The notes under the pieces are model-generated. The model saw nothing but the letters and a program-made list of their open reading frames with translations, was not told where the DNA came from and did not search any database. A DNA stretch of 64,000 bases from Auanema rhodensis (lineage: Eukaryota > Animalia > Nematoda): assembly GCA_964057225.1 (NCBI GenBank), contig OZ059899.1:14694001-14758000 (forward strand), given 5' to 3'. The stretch's first letter is position 1. Each line of letters opens with the position of its first letter. A program made the position numbers and the translations under genes. This document shows positions 38,001 to 52,350 of the stretch, piece by piece.

Positions 38001-39689
38001 CTAACTAGATCTTTGTAAAACAGAATGCAATATACGAAGTTGTTGTATGCGCGAGGTACTGGATTTAGACAAGTTGTTACGTAGCTAAAATAATAATGTT
38101 TAGAAACTAAATACATATCAAAGTCTTACTAATCGAATAACTTTTTCGTCATCCTTTTGCAAGTCATAGGTATGTTGTTCATCAGCCTGCAGTGTATCCC
38201 TGATACGTTGCCTCAACTCCAGCTCTTCAAGAAAGCGAACAGCTATGTTATCTCCAGTTTTGTTATCATTTAGTATATTTTGTACTAAAATAAGTATGAT
38301 CAAAACTAAATGAAAAGATAATATTTACATAATAATCTCCAATGAGGGAAACGCGAATTAACAAGAGCTACAACTAATTGTTCATTAGCATGCACAGCAT
38401 GAGTCAAGCCCGTTGAACTCTGAAAAATTACCAATGAATACAAAAAAAAAAGATGAATTACCTTAGTGCTTGCACTGCAAAATGGCGGTTTTTCGTTGTG
38501 TTTGCGTGCTGTGAAGGTAGTAGACGAAAAAGTTCTTCGAGGACGAGATGCGCTACGACAACGTGGCTGCGATAATAGGCTTGCAACTCCTTTACCTCTC
38601 AAATTGTTTTCATAACTAGAAAAGTAAAAACTGATTTTCAAATAATTCAAATACAAACTAACGCTCTCGCTACACCTCCTTTATGTTCAATAGAATCAAT
38701 ATCTATTAAAGGTCCCCTAAACTGTTTCTTGAATTCCTCTGTAAGTCGGAAAGGCGCAACGGAGCAAGTGGGAATTGAAGGTTCAGAATATCTTGGTTGA
38801 CATGAAACAGTATTACTTGTGCTACCAAATGCATTAGTACCCTTGTTTTTCCGAACGGGTTCTTAATAGAATTAATGTAATATTGAAAACATTTTAATAA
38901 ACAAGCCTGTTTGAATAGCTTCATCAATACATAATACGGATCTATTAGAATCATCTAGTGCAGATAATGTGAGATCGAGCATTTGCTCTGATATTCTTTT
39001 TTCCACATCCCTATGGGAAATTGGACTACTGAACTTATGTCTAGATACTTCTACAACAGAAGAAGAAGACGAACCACTATAAAAAGTATAAGTACATAAA
39101 AATTTAAAATATTCTTACCTGAAAGTTGTTTCATTCATTATAAAATTAGATTCCTCTATATGTTGAGTATTATGACTTTTATCGGCGAGTTTTTCAACCA
39201 TTTTTTCATATCTTTGTACCTCAGCTGCTAATCGGTTATTCAAGTTTGTATTTTTTTGCTAAAATCACAACCCATATTAGTGTTATACCCATGACACTTA
39301 CTGGATATGACAATGGTAAGCGACTAGCAATCTGCCTAGAGCCGTTAAGATGTTGAGAAATATTTTTCCTATCATAATCTCGTCCACGAACCGATTCGTT
39401 TGACCTCTTTATTGGACTAATGTCACTGAAGAGAATTAACTCCATAATATCACCAAAATTTATCATACCATTCTAGATTAGGAGCAAAGCCAAAAGGTAC
39501 ATCAAGGGGTTGAGGTAGAGCACATCGTGATAAAGCGCGAGAATAATTAGTTATCTTGAAAAAACGGTTGGATAAGTATAAGAAATATAGACTTACATCT
39601 AGCCGAGAGCACACAGTAACTTTATCAAATTCATCAGAGCCTAGAAAGTATTCATCTTCACCTAATCCTTCGTCTAATTCTTCCCTCAT
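38001..39689 (-). CDS. Uncharacterised ~430-aa protein (10 exons): short coiled coil, LC8-type IQTE motif, CEP57-like C-terminal motifs
   Basis: Ten exons joined by ~42-47 nt introns keep one open frame from MREELDEGLGEDEY to RIQQLRILHSVLQRSS*. The gene is well supported; the CEP57-like identity is inference. Confidence 0.75.
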
Positions 39690-40134
39690 TTATTAAAAGT
39701 CTAAAATTTCATTTATTTAGCTTTTAATTCCAATTAAATAAGAAGCAGGCTTGAACTAGTAAAGATTATGGTTGTACATTATTACCATAGCAGCAGAATT
39801 CAAATGGTTGCTATGCCGCGCCAGACGCTAAAAAAGGCGTGTCAGGACCAATTGATGACATATAACATTAACAACGCTGAGAAACATTTATGTCTTGAAG
39901 AAAAGGAACAAAGTGTGTCATAACATTATTCAACAAAATATAAAATAAACAACAGTATAAAACTGCGGGAAAGAATCATCTAGTTACAACGCAGTATATG
40001 TTTGATACACGTAAGAAGTAGATGGAGGCATAGATTTGATCCACATAATTAACACCGAGATTTTAGTGTAGCGAATGAACAACAAATACCTAAAGCTAGG
40101 CGAACACTTCTACGAAAGAAATAACATTTTGGTT

Positions 40135-43100
40135 TTAATATCTTTTAGTAGGACTCATGGTGCTCCAAAGATTAGAGTCACCGAGAGATCCCAGTCGTGG
40201 GCTACTAACGACTGGAGTTGATTTGTATCTTGGTGATTCGCGGTAGAAGCCTTAATAAGAAAGATGTTAATATTGCACAAGGAAAAAAAACATACTCATT
40301 GAATCCTGGAATGAAGCCCTATGAGAAACAGGGGAAGCTGAGGTAGCAGATCTGTTGGTCTCATCAAGGAACACTCCCTGTTTCTCCCATAGGAAATGGG
40401 ATAAATACCAATAAGCTGAATAACAATAAATAAACAATTTGAGAAAGGGAAAGAATGTTACCTCCGATTCCGAGAATAAGTATGACACATACACCCATCA
40501 AAGTAGGAATCCATGAGGAATAGTGTTGAATGAAGATAAGAACAAAGTCAATGAAACCATTGCTTTCCAATGCTAAATAAAAACATTATGGCTAAAGTTG
40601 AAACTATTAAACCTTCATAAACATGCTTAGCTGCCTTTCCGACAAGCTTCATTCTTACTGGAACTTGGATTTCTTGTCCAGTCAGTTTGTTGGTTACGGT
40701 AATAAAGCATTTATCAAGCATATTGTTCCAAACAGTTGCGGATTTAACATTAAGCTGAAGATAAAATATTGCAAATAAGTTTTACAGGATAAAGAAACTA
40801 CCTTGACGCTGAAGAATTTATTACCTACTACATTCTCATTATTGGGCTTTCCAATTTCCTTAACAGCAATCAAATCTCCGGAGCATCCAGACACTGCGAC
40901 ATAACTAGATTGGTAGTTGGGCACAAGAACGGACAGAATTGTAGCCTTGCTATCAACATCAGATAATTGGATCTAATGTTCAGAAATTAATGAATAAAAA
41001 CTTTCATGTTTATACCTCAGAGTCCAGAACTTGCATGGCTAAATGGAAGGCGGCTTTAGTTACAATTTTTTGGAACTAAATTAATTGAATTAGAAGAGTT
41101 AGTCATACATCAAAAAACGTTACTCACCTTGTCGTCATTATTGTATGTAGCAACAATACTAAGATCTCCTTTATCAGCATTAATAACATTGACATAGGAA
41201 ACGCCACCGATCTGAGGTTCAACAACACAGGCATATCCAACACCAACTATATAAGTTGATTTTGCTGTTAATAAATTCAATGCAGGAGGTAGCTTAGTCG
41301 AATCAAAGCTTAAGCTGCATTCGAAGGGAGCAGGAACATTGGTCAAAACTTCTAATTGCTCAGGAGAACAGTCTATGAAAAACTTATAAATAAACATAAA
41401 CATAAATTACAAACCTAATTGAACAGTTCCATTGTGCTGTGCTACAAGTGGGAAAGAGAAAGAAGCTCCAGGATAATTAGAAACCAAAGTAGGAATATTT
41501 TTTGCAAACAAGGGCTGGCCGGAGGGTTCAATAGTGAGCTGAATATTAAAATAAAATACAAACTTTTTTTAAAGCATACCCTGGCATGAAGAGATTGACT
41601 ATCAGAGTTAGCCGTAATGTGAGTAATTCCAACTTGACTAAGTTTGGCAACACCCCTTTCAGAATCAATCCAATGTACATTTCGATCAGGAGAAGACCAA
41701 GTTACTTTACCTAAACAAAATAGTTAATGGTCATAAACATATACGAAACAAACCTTGTAGTGGTGAACGGAAGCATATTATATCAGAAACTCTGAATACG
41801 GCAGTAGATGGGAAAAGATTTTCTCTGGCTGCAAGACGAACAAATGTGAAAAGGGATGAAGAAGATGTATCATAAATCTGGAATAATTGGATAAGCAAAA
41901 TGAATCAAAAATAAATTTACAACCTTCAAAACAGTTTCTCCAGCTGACTTCATATTAATAGTAAGAGCTTTTCCATCAGAAGAAGATGAAATTTCAGTCA
42001 AGTCAAACCTTTAAATGTTTCATTAAATTAATAGTTTTCTCAGAAATACCTGTGAGGTCTGTATAAAAGAGTTGATCCAAGCCCTTGGAGAATTCTACCT
42101 TTGCTATCACGGAAATGAATATTCAGGGTTAAAACAGTTCCAACGGGTAAGTATATTAGATTGCCACCATCAGAAGAAGCAAGAAGTGTTGAAGATGAAA
42201 CATCAAGAGAATGAATACGATTTACCTAGAAATAACACACATTGAAATGAACTGAAGAAAAACTAACAGCAACAGGAATAAGGCTTGTTTCATTGTCATT
42301 AGATCCTTTTTGGCGAACAGCCACAGCAGCATATCCTTCATTTCCATGAGATCTCAAGTATCCGCTAGGAGTAACAGAAATAGTATTTCTAAACTGTGAT
42401 GGTACTGAGAACTCAACAGTGGAGCGAGGCCTGAAAGCGTAGAACTGATGATTTCTTTAAAGAATAATTTCATACCATGCAGTATCCAATTGAAGCTGAG
42501 TGTTAGGTGCAACTCTGATAACGCCATAAGGAATAGCCGGATTTTTCAGGGATAGCGGATCTTCTACTTTAATTTCAACTTTCGCTTCAAATTCTTGATA
42601 GGAGCTGACAAAATGTTGTTTGGCGTTCTTCGATAATTTTACATTAGCCTGTAATTTAATCTATCAGTAAAGCAGCTAGTTTGTACGCACCTGAACAACA
42701 ACAGTTCCAGCGGATACACCTTCAAACCAAACAGCAAACTTATTGTCATTGGCTTCATTAATAATAGGCCCAAGAGGGTGTGCAGATTTCAGAATATCAG
42801 GATGGCTAATGGACCATGTTACCTGCAACGAAAATAGTAAAAACATGGTATATACTTTTGTTACCGTGAAAGGATATTGAGCTCCTCCAAAAGCAAATGG
42901 TGTTTCACTTTCATCTAGACCTTGTAGACGAACCCAGATGATGCTTTCTGTTTCAGCACGCTGAGTACTAGCAACTAATTGGATACCAGTCAGCGATACT
43001 ACACGAACAGTAACAGTATCCTAATTAGAACAATAAGATAAATAACAGAAAATTTCGGTTCAAACCTCAGTAATATGGCCTCCGCCTACAGATAAAGTTC

Positions 43101-46100
43101 CCGTTACAGATGAATATCCTAAGTTTTGAGAAGTGATAAGAGCATTGGATTCAACATTAGCAATCTTTGAGTTATTAAGAGTGAAAACAATAGGAGGAGT
43201 TGGAATTGGACCACCTTCCACCTCGAGCTGAAAATAATGCTTTTAGTATTTTTTCGAAAGCCACAACCAACCTGGAATGTACTTTCAGGTATCAATGTAA
43301 CAAGTTTGGGATGCAGAGCAATAGGTGAAAACACTTGTAAAGAATGTGGAAGTGAGTGCAGAACTCTTCCAGTAGATGATTTGGCAGAAGCGGAGATTGA
43401 TACAGCTCCGACAGCTGAAGCGCGCAAAATGTATTCATCTCCTTTGGTCCTAGGAATTATTAAAATTAATTTTATACATAATGTTAACTTGTTTCTACTT
43501 GGTAATTTCAAGGATAGAGTTACTAAACTCTAGTTTTGAGTCAGATAACGTTCCCTGGAAACGAGAAAAAGATGCTCCAGTTTCATCAGCTGGTTCAACA
43601 GTAATTTTGATTTCGGATCCAATTTCAACCTAAACGAACTGTATGTAAAAGAATTAAAAACAGGTTCGTACAAATTTAGGCCCTTTGATGGCTAATGAAT
43701 GAATGTCACTAATTTTCACAGGAATATCCAAATCAGCATCAACTAAACAGGAATCTATTACACGAACTACTCCAGATCCTTGAGTTTGAGGAGCAATCTA
43801 AAGAACATGATTTTGAATATTATACAATGATAATCATATTCTTACAGTAAGCCTATTTTCAACAATGCTGGCCTGATATGGAGTTCCAGTAGATGGAGCA
43901 ATGGAGAAATACCCCGAACCACCCGAAATAGCGATATTAGTTTTGGCTGATCCCTCGTTCCATAGAACCTTCAAAAAAAGGAGTATGAGGTGAAGTCAGT
44001 AAATAAATACCAAGGATGAAGGATCCGCTGATGGCTTTTGAACAACTCTAAGAGTAGTGGTAGCCTTGAGAAGATTTTGCAATTTTCCATAACTTTTAAC
44101 GGAAGAAACTTCAGCCTTAACAGATACACTTCCGATTTTGGTGGAAGCATGAACAATTGGAGATACTGAAAGATATAGATGAAATAAAGTATGAGAAAAA
44201 AACCTACATTTCTTTCCTTCTTTAGTACTATCGATATTCACTATAGTAGAATCATCAGCAGTCCATTTTACCTAGAAAAAACAATGAAGCAATTTAATAA
44301 AAACCAATACTAACGTCTAATCCAGAGATAGAATCAAAGGTAACATCAGCACCATCACAAGAACCGTATCCTGTGAGAGAAAGTCGTACATTAGACTTTG
44401 TGAGAAGAACTCTCTAAATATGGTAACCTTTGGTACAAAGAACTTCATTCAAAAATAGACTCACGGATTTAGAAAGACATTTGTTTAGAGCAGTATCGAC
44501 GACTGGACGAACAACAAGTCTATTTGGCTTGGCACAACATATTGGAACACTGATTTCAGATATAACTGGTAAAGGTAAAGTTTCCGAAGGATTATTTCCT
44601 ACAGCCAGTTTGAGAGCCTGAAGCTTCCCGATATATATGAGAACATAAAATTGGCTACTTACAACGGAAGATTCATCTTTTCCACATTCGAGACGAAGAA
44701 TATTATCAATTATATCAGCAGTAATACCTCCACTTGGTTGAACTAAATCATAATATTATGGTTTAAAAAAAGTTGTGAAGTAATCGCTTACTTTGCTTAA
44801 TATGACTTGCGGGGTCGAGGATCCATGGTCTTGGTCCACCAGCAAATTTCACGTCTAAGTCACTTCCTACAGCGAGAGACAACTTGTTCACAGCCAACTA
44901 CAATGACTCCTTTTGAAATGTAATAATAAAGGAAGTTCAAACCTCGAGTTTTGGAAATGACGAAACATCAATAGTAGCACGATAGTTTTCGAAAGAAACA
45001 GTAATCTTGGTATCTCCAGATGAAACAGCACGAAGACTAACAGTGGCACATCCGGTACCAACAATAGGGAGAGTACTTTTACCTAAACACGGGAATGAAA
45101 TAGCAGATCAAGAATTTGTTTTTATACTTTGAATGGGTTCAAATACTTTCTTGTCTGCAGATTGCACAGTCCATGGGATACTGCGGCAATCATTGAATGG
45201 AACAGGCCCATTAGATCCAGCTCCAAGAAGCTGAATATTGAGAACAAGGACAGACCCAACTTCAGCTTCTTTTCGAGTTTTTCCAAAGCCAAGTGAAAGA
45301 ACATCAACAACAGATACCTGAATATTGAGATTTACGAATAAGTGTTCAAATGCAATTTACCTCAGCTGTGTCGAATAGGGCATTATTTCTTCGGTCAACG
45401 CTAGAAACTTTGGTTTTTCCGAGACCTCCACTAGTTACAATTCCTTGACCACCATCAACAGAGCAAATGGAGGAGTCTTCTGATGTCCAATCATAAAGTC
45501 CAGAACCACCAACAGCAGTAAGGGTAAACTGAGATTTGAGCCGGGGGAGGTAAGGTAGTACAATGGAATTGGGATTTATCTTCACTGGGTCCACAATTTG
45601 CACATTTTGTTCACCACGAACTTTGCCGGAAACTGATTCTTCCTTCCCATTCTTAAGATATAATTTGATAAGCAAAAACATATAAAGGCAAAACCTGGCT
45701 GATAACGGATACAAATTTACTTTTGAGTACAGTTTTTCCAGCTTTCTTAGGAGAAACTACAAAATAACTTTGATTGACAGAAGATGAATGAATCTCGAAA
45801 AATTCATTATTCAATATGGATTCGAAACGAAGATTCTGAATGTTGCATTATGGATAAAAAATTATATTATTCTACTTACGTCACCAATGTACATAGAGTT
45901 TCCGTGAGGATCAGTAAGAGTAACATGTAACTGATATTCTACTCCAGATTGAAGAATCCAATTTTCTCCAGAAACAGTCCATTGCAAAGACTCTGGATCA
46001 ACAACATTGATAGAAGTGAACGGTGGTCGGACTCCAGTTTTAGCTTTAACATCGACATCTGAAGGCAATAAAAACTAAAACATTATGACAAAGCTATACA

Positions 46101-47281
46101 TACTGTGACTTAAAAGGTGAATATCGGTTTTTCCCTTTGCTAAAGCATAAATAGAAGAAGCATCAATGTTAAGATCGCAAATTTTTCCATCCTCTACTTG
46201 CAAATAATAGGAAGAAGATGGCATTGGTACAACTATAATACAAGATACATAAATTACGAAAATTATTTAGGCTTATGTTATACCTTCAGTACTGTGCTGC
46301 TTTACTATGAGTACTTGGAATGGTACAGTAGAATGTACGGGAATGTATAAATCATAAGAAGGTATAAGAAGCAAATTGGCAACAACAGTTAAATCAAGAT
46401 TGTGTGCAGCAATACCCTAAAAAATAGTTATTACTGTTAGTGAAAAAAAAACCTACAGTTAAGTATAAATCGTTAAATTTAGCAGACAAAATAGCAGATC
46501 CAGTGATGACTCCTTCGAGTAAAATCATGTATCCTGTAATAATACATGATTATATACACATGAGCTCAAAAATCCATACCTTTCTTTTTCTGTTTTTCTA
46601 ATGCAACAATTTCGTTAGGAGCTTCATAAGAGGATTGTTCGAAAGAAACTATTCTCAAAGGTCTATCTCCTCCATTGTGAACCAATTCCCATTCAATAGG
46701 AATAGAGCTCAATGTGGAAAAATGATCGCCTAAGCACACAAGTTAACTTTCAATTATGGAAATTGCGCTACCTTCTTTATTGAAAGCATCGATAATCATC
46801 CTAACTGGAGCAGCGTCAACAAATAAAACTTTTGTTGTAGTTTCAATTCTAATTTCATGTACATGATCAACACTAACCCCACAACTGAGTGTAGTGCCAG
46901 AAGCTATAAACATTAATAAGTTATATAGCTAAACATTTAATATACCTTTATCATCAGCAAAAATAACAGCAGATAGTTCGCCAACAAAGCTTTTAGCAGT
47001 AGAACGAATCACAGCTTTATCTGAACATTCTCCAGCACGAACCCCTACAGGTGTAACAGATACAATATCAGGTCTAGTAGATCTCCTGAACATATAAAAT
47101 AATTTTGTTTTGAAAACGTTAATAACCAATAAAAACATCCTCCTGTAGGTTGGCTAACTTCTAAATTAAATTCTACAGGAATAGTGGGGTGATAAGGGAG
47201 TAGAACTCTTGGTACATTTAACCGATATGCAGTCGAAAGGCCTATTAGTAGCAATAATACTACAAATTCCCGCACCTTCAT
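40135..47281 (-). CDS. npp-12: Nuclear pore membrane glycoprotein gp210/NUP210 (many short introns)
   Basis: Signal peptide then YRLNVPRVLLPY, GGCFYWRSTRPD, repeated Ig-like beta domains (GGSGLYDW, GGSGYF, VEGGPIP), one C-terminal TM segment (WIPTLMGVCVILILGIG) and a tail with LWS. Confidence 0.93.
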
Positions 47282-48173
47282 GATGGTGCAAAGATTTTGG
47301 AAACCCTACAAACACTAATTTTACTAAAGAATTCAAATACGAATTAATTTTAATAAAAACATCGGTTTCTAAAATGTTTATTTTCCACTGAATTCGAAAA
47401 GATTTCAAATTAACATTAGAGCGCGATGTGCGCCAAAAAAATATTCTATCAAGAAATACGCATGATGACGGTTACGGTTGTCAATAAGAATTAAAATTGA
47501 CTGACAGAAAAAGATGGAGTGTTTGATGATAGTAATTAATCTTCAAAGCTAATCTATAAAACGTATTCGAAGTTACAATGCATTCTTTCTTTTAGTTAGT
47601 TCATGATTACCTATGTTGTGTATTATCTTTCATTTTATGTTTTGTTCATTTATACAGATATGAAGAAGTCTTAACAAGTTTATTGTTTCAACTAGTTACA
47701 AAGAAAAAAATTAATTAACCACGAATAAAACGAAATTGTCTGAATCATCTTACATGAGCAGAGATCGTGGTCTTTAATATTATCTATTATGTACATCAAG
47801 TAGAAATAAAGTGTTTGAAAATGAAATAAGAATGCTACGAATATTAATATATTGTCTTATAAATCTCTACATATAAATACCCAGATTAGTAAACTCGTTA
47901 ATATTTGTAGCTCTTTCGTCTTCACCACATATACCTTAAGGAAGTACGGTCCAAAAAAACGTGGTTTGGGCTGAACGAGTACGATATAAAGATTCTAAGA
48001 ATGATATGAAACCAAACAGAATGGTCAGAAAATGAGAAAAATGTTCTACTAATCAATTACAAAAAATTAGAGCACATAACAACAGTTTTGACTAGCTGAG
48101 CATGTAGTAAATTATAAAATCAGACGACCAGAATGATATAACGAGATGAACTGTGGAGCTTAAACGGATGTCC

Positions 48174-51100
48174 TTAAAATAAGCCATAATTTTTTGTGCT
48201 TTGTGCAGCTCGCTTGAGATCATTGGCCATTTGATCAACTTCTCGAGGATCAACACGATGTCCATGATCAGAACGAGTGACTGATCGGATGGATCGAGTA
48301 GACTTTGTCTGAAAATACTCAAATTCATTCACGCTAGAAATAATGGTAAAATACCCTCTGCATGGTGTTATATTCTGAAGCTGGTCGAGATTTAATAGAT
48401 AATGGAACTTGTGCACGTTCTCCTGTGATCCAATCATGTCGGAGAGCTTCCGTTGCTGATAATCGTTCCATAGCATTAGTTTCCAAAAGAGCATCAACAA
48501 ATTGTTTAGCCAGTTCTGACCCGGACCAAAACTGAAAAAAATATTTTATATATCCCCTTCAAATTTATACTAGCAACAGTAGTAGTGCAGCTTTAATTAT
48601 TTTTCACAAACATCAAAAATCTCTAAGGCTTTCACACTTTAATGTTCACGTGGGATTTTATCACGTAAATATTTTATTGAATTGTTTTCACAGATGCGGC
48701 TGTTTTCTATTCATTCCGAAATTCTTTCTAATCTTAAGTGCAAGTTTGTCTATTAATTTTCAAAGTTTGTTGCTCAAAGATGTATGATACCTGGGGATAA
48801 TATACGTAATTTGCTGTGATGATATGTGTGTAGAGTCTAGATCGACAATCGTCATCAAATGGCATAATTCCAGACATTAAGATATAAGCTATAACACCAA
48901 CTGCCCACATGTCAACCTTAATTGTTTCAGAAATTAAGTTAACTTGTTCATTTGTCTGTATCCCTTACTTTTTCTGTATAAGGTACCCTCAGTAGTAATT
49001 CGGGGGCGATATATTCAGGAGTTCCACATGTTTCGGTCATAGTTTCGCCCGATCTTCTTGCTTGATGAGCTAATCCAAAGTCGGTAATGAGTAATCTTCA
49101 AAGCACAACGATAAGTAAATATTCGTGCTATATTCAATGTCGTACCTAGCTTCGGGCCTTGTGTCACTATATAATAGGTTTTCAGGCTTGAGATCTCGAT
49201 GAGTTACACGAATAGAATGTAGATAAGCTAACCCATTTAAAAGCATTTTTAATGCAGATCGAGCTTCCTGTTCAGTATATCTAAATAATTTTAATCATAT
49301 TAAAAACAAATATATTCATTTCATACGAACCTTCCCTTAGCAACTACTCGATCATACATTTCTCCTCCACATGCCAATTCCATAACAATGAACATGCGTG
49401 CAGTGGATTTGAAAACCTGTAGAAAATCATATATACAGTGATGAAATGATGATAATCCATACTTCTTCTAAGCGAATCACAAATGGATGGGATACTCTGC
49501 TAAGGATTATTAATTCGTTATTAACACTTCCACAATCAGATGCCACTAGCTTTACAGCATAATATTTGCGTGTTACTCTATGTTGTACTCGGAAAACCTG
49601 CAAGACGTTTGTTATTAAAGTTTTCTCCATACCAATCAAAATAAACCTGTGAAAAGCTGCCTTTGCCTAGGACAGCCAAAATCTCGTATTTACAGACGAG
49701 TCTGGAATCCAGACGTAGAGCTGGGCGATCAGGCAAAACTTGAACATCCGACGGTACTGGCATCTCTCCACCAACCTAAACGAATGAAAATAAGATAAAG
49801 TTGTTCATGTGTTTTTGATGAAATAACAAATTTCTTCATAATTTGTCCAAATTTACTCGTTTTTTTTTTAAAGAACTATATTTATGGTCAACATGTTTTC
49901 AACTGAAGTGAAACTATCTCTCAATGAATAGTAACGTAGTTATTATAAAAATTCATGATAGCATTGTCAAAGTTGATGATGGATGACACTTTTTTTAAAA
50001 TATGCATGTTTTCGTCGAACAAGAAAATGGAAAAATACATTTTTTTGAAAATTAGCCACGGCATTTTTCTAATTTTAGATAGTACGGTTAAGTATGTTAA
50101 GAATTGATTTATGCCGTGTCAATATTTAATGTACTTTAATCCTTATCAGCCTCTAATTGAGATGATGTTGTGTTGTTCTCAGCTTCATGTCATTACTCAG
50201 TAAACTCCCACGTCTTCTTCTTGCTTTTCAACGTTATCATCTTTATCTGTTCTTGTTTCTCATCAACCGCTTTCTTCCTATTCATCGGCATCTTACTGCT
50301 TCTGGATTTCTAGTGTTACATCGTTTCCTCACATAATTTGTAATAATCTCCGGCTGTTCTGACCCGACCGCTGACAGCAACTGATAGAAAGAAGAAGAGC
50401 ACGTCAGTAGATTCAAACCACAAGAGCCGTAGTAGTGTTAAGCCACCCAGGCTTCGTTATGTCATTTGTGACTTGTAAGATGAAAGAGCAACGACAAACA
50501 TCTCCAGAAATCCCGTCGTGAAGTATTATATGAACGTCTCGGATTCACTCCGGCTTACATGTGAAGCATGTAGTCAGGTGGGTGGATACTATTGATAACT
50601 ATGGTGAGGTAATCATAACGGAAATTGCCCAGCAAACAAGATGTAAAACATGTTACAGAATTACAAACAATAGAAAGCTACAGCAAGCAACAGAGCGATC
50701 TTTAGATAAATTCATGACATCCGAAGAAAAAAGCAACAGGATGATGAGTTTCGAACAAAATAGCAAATCGTTCCGTACATCCAATGTGACACCTTGTAGT
50801 CGTCTCGAATACCATCATGCTTAGTCACATATGCATGTATAACCGGTTTCTCATTCAGGTATCTCCGACCCTTATTTTGAATATATAAACTATAAAAATA
50901 TTTTTGCATTCAAAACACATACTTCAGCAATTCTACTTAAATGGCCATTCGTAAGCTGGGTGAAGTTTGATCAAAGCTTGCCAAAATCATATAAAATTTT
51001 CATTTACGATTATACGTTTCTGAATTTTTTCAAATTTCTCATTGATCACGAGAGAACAAATTTAAAATTCAGACGAATTATCCACACATATGCTACTGTT

Positions 51101-52350
51101 TTTAGTGCTTTTGTGAGCAACAACAGTCATGATATTCGCAAATCGTTATTGAGGAAGATGTTGAAAAGCCGATTTAGTAGTTGATGAGTTGCTGATGTCC
51201 CGAACTCAAAAGCTATGCCAACATAGACTGATCAGGGATATTTGAAGAAGCAAAATAGAGTGAAGCTTAGAGACACTAGAGCTGAGCAGCTCGAAAATCG
51301 GGCACATACATACACACTCACATAGATGTGTTCGAGAAGTCTACACTAAACTTCTGATTTTGATTTAACGATGCTTCGTCTCATCAACACTAATGTACTT
51401 CTCTTCTAATATATTGCTCTGACCAAAGCAATATTTAGCAATTTGGGATTATACCATCGGTTCAATTACTATAAAACCTTCACATCACAAATATAGGAAG
51501 CGAAAATGGTTAATACAGATTCAAATCAGAAATCTCTACTCCCAACCGGCTTTGACAGTAGCTCGTATTGTACTTTCTTCGTAAATTAAGTCTTCAATTC
51601 AACATCTCAGACAAAATCATAAGTGCCGCTCATTATATATCTCGTGGCTGACGGAGAATTTTGAAAACGAAGTGTTAGAAAAACTTTCGTAAAAGTGGGA
51701 TACAGGAGAATACTGATTAAAAAAAGTCTCTTTCTCTCTCTATCTATCTTTCTCTCTCTTTCGAAACAGAATTCCTTTGGCACCGGTGCTATGGAGCCTA
51801 ATATGGGCGTGGGAACTAGATCTCGTGACCTTCGCCAAACTAAGTGATAGAAACGCGTTTCATTTTCTTTTCGTTTCTTTTCTTTTTTTCTTTTCTGATT
51901 GAATGAAAAGAGAGTTATGTTAAAAATATAAAGAGATAGAGAGATAGAGAGATAGAGAGAAAGAGAGAAAGAGATAAAGAATGAGATATGAGTTTCCAGA
52001 ACAATATTAAGCTGATCGAAATATGAAACTTATGCAGTTACAACTCAGATCATCTACTGAATCGATCATGTCTTTTTTTTATTTTTCTATACTATAATAT
52101 TTCTCATTACATCACCTTCTCTTATATATCTGATCTTCATAAATCATTGAGAAAATCTACCAACTGTTTTGTTTTTTTAACGTAAATATAATGATATTAA
52201 AATGATATGTTTACTGACCGGAGGTGGACATGCTTGAGCTAGTCCATGAACGTCAAGCCGTGTTTTGGCGAATAATTTCCGGAAGAAACCTCGTTTCGGC
52301 CGCTGTACGAGCGGCGCCACTCGGCCTGTTCCCGATTGTTTGTTGCCCAT
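48174..52350 (-). CDS. CAMK-group Ser/Thr kinase, PSKH1-like; first exon separated by a ~2.4 kb intron
   Basis: TTTCAG before MGNKQS. LGKGSFSQV, YAVK, HRDLKPENLLY, LLITDFGLA, CGTPEYIAPE, VDMWAVGVIAYILMSGIMPFDDDCRSRLY (PSKH signature) and a C-terminal STRSIRS motif. Confidence 0.9.
51932..51976. repeat. (GAGATA/GA)n microsatellite in the first intron of the kinase
   Basis: Directly visible. Confidence 0.8.
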
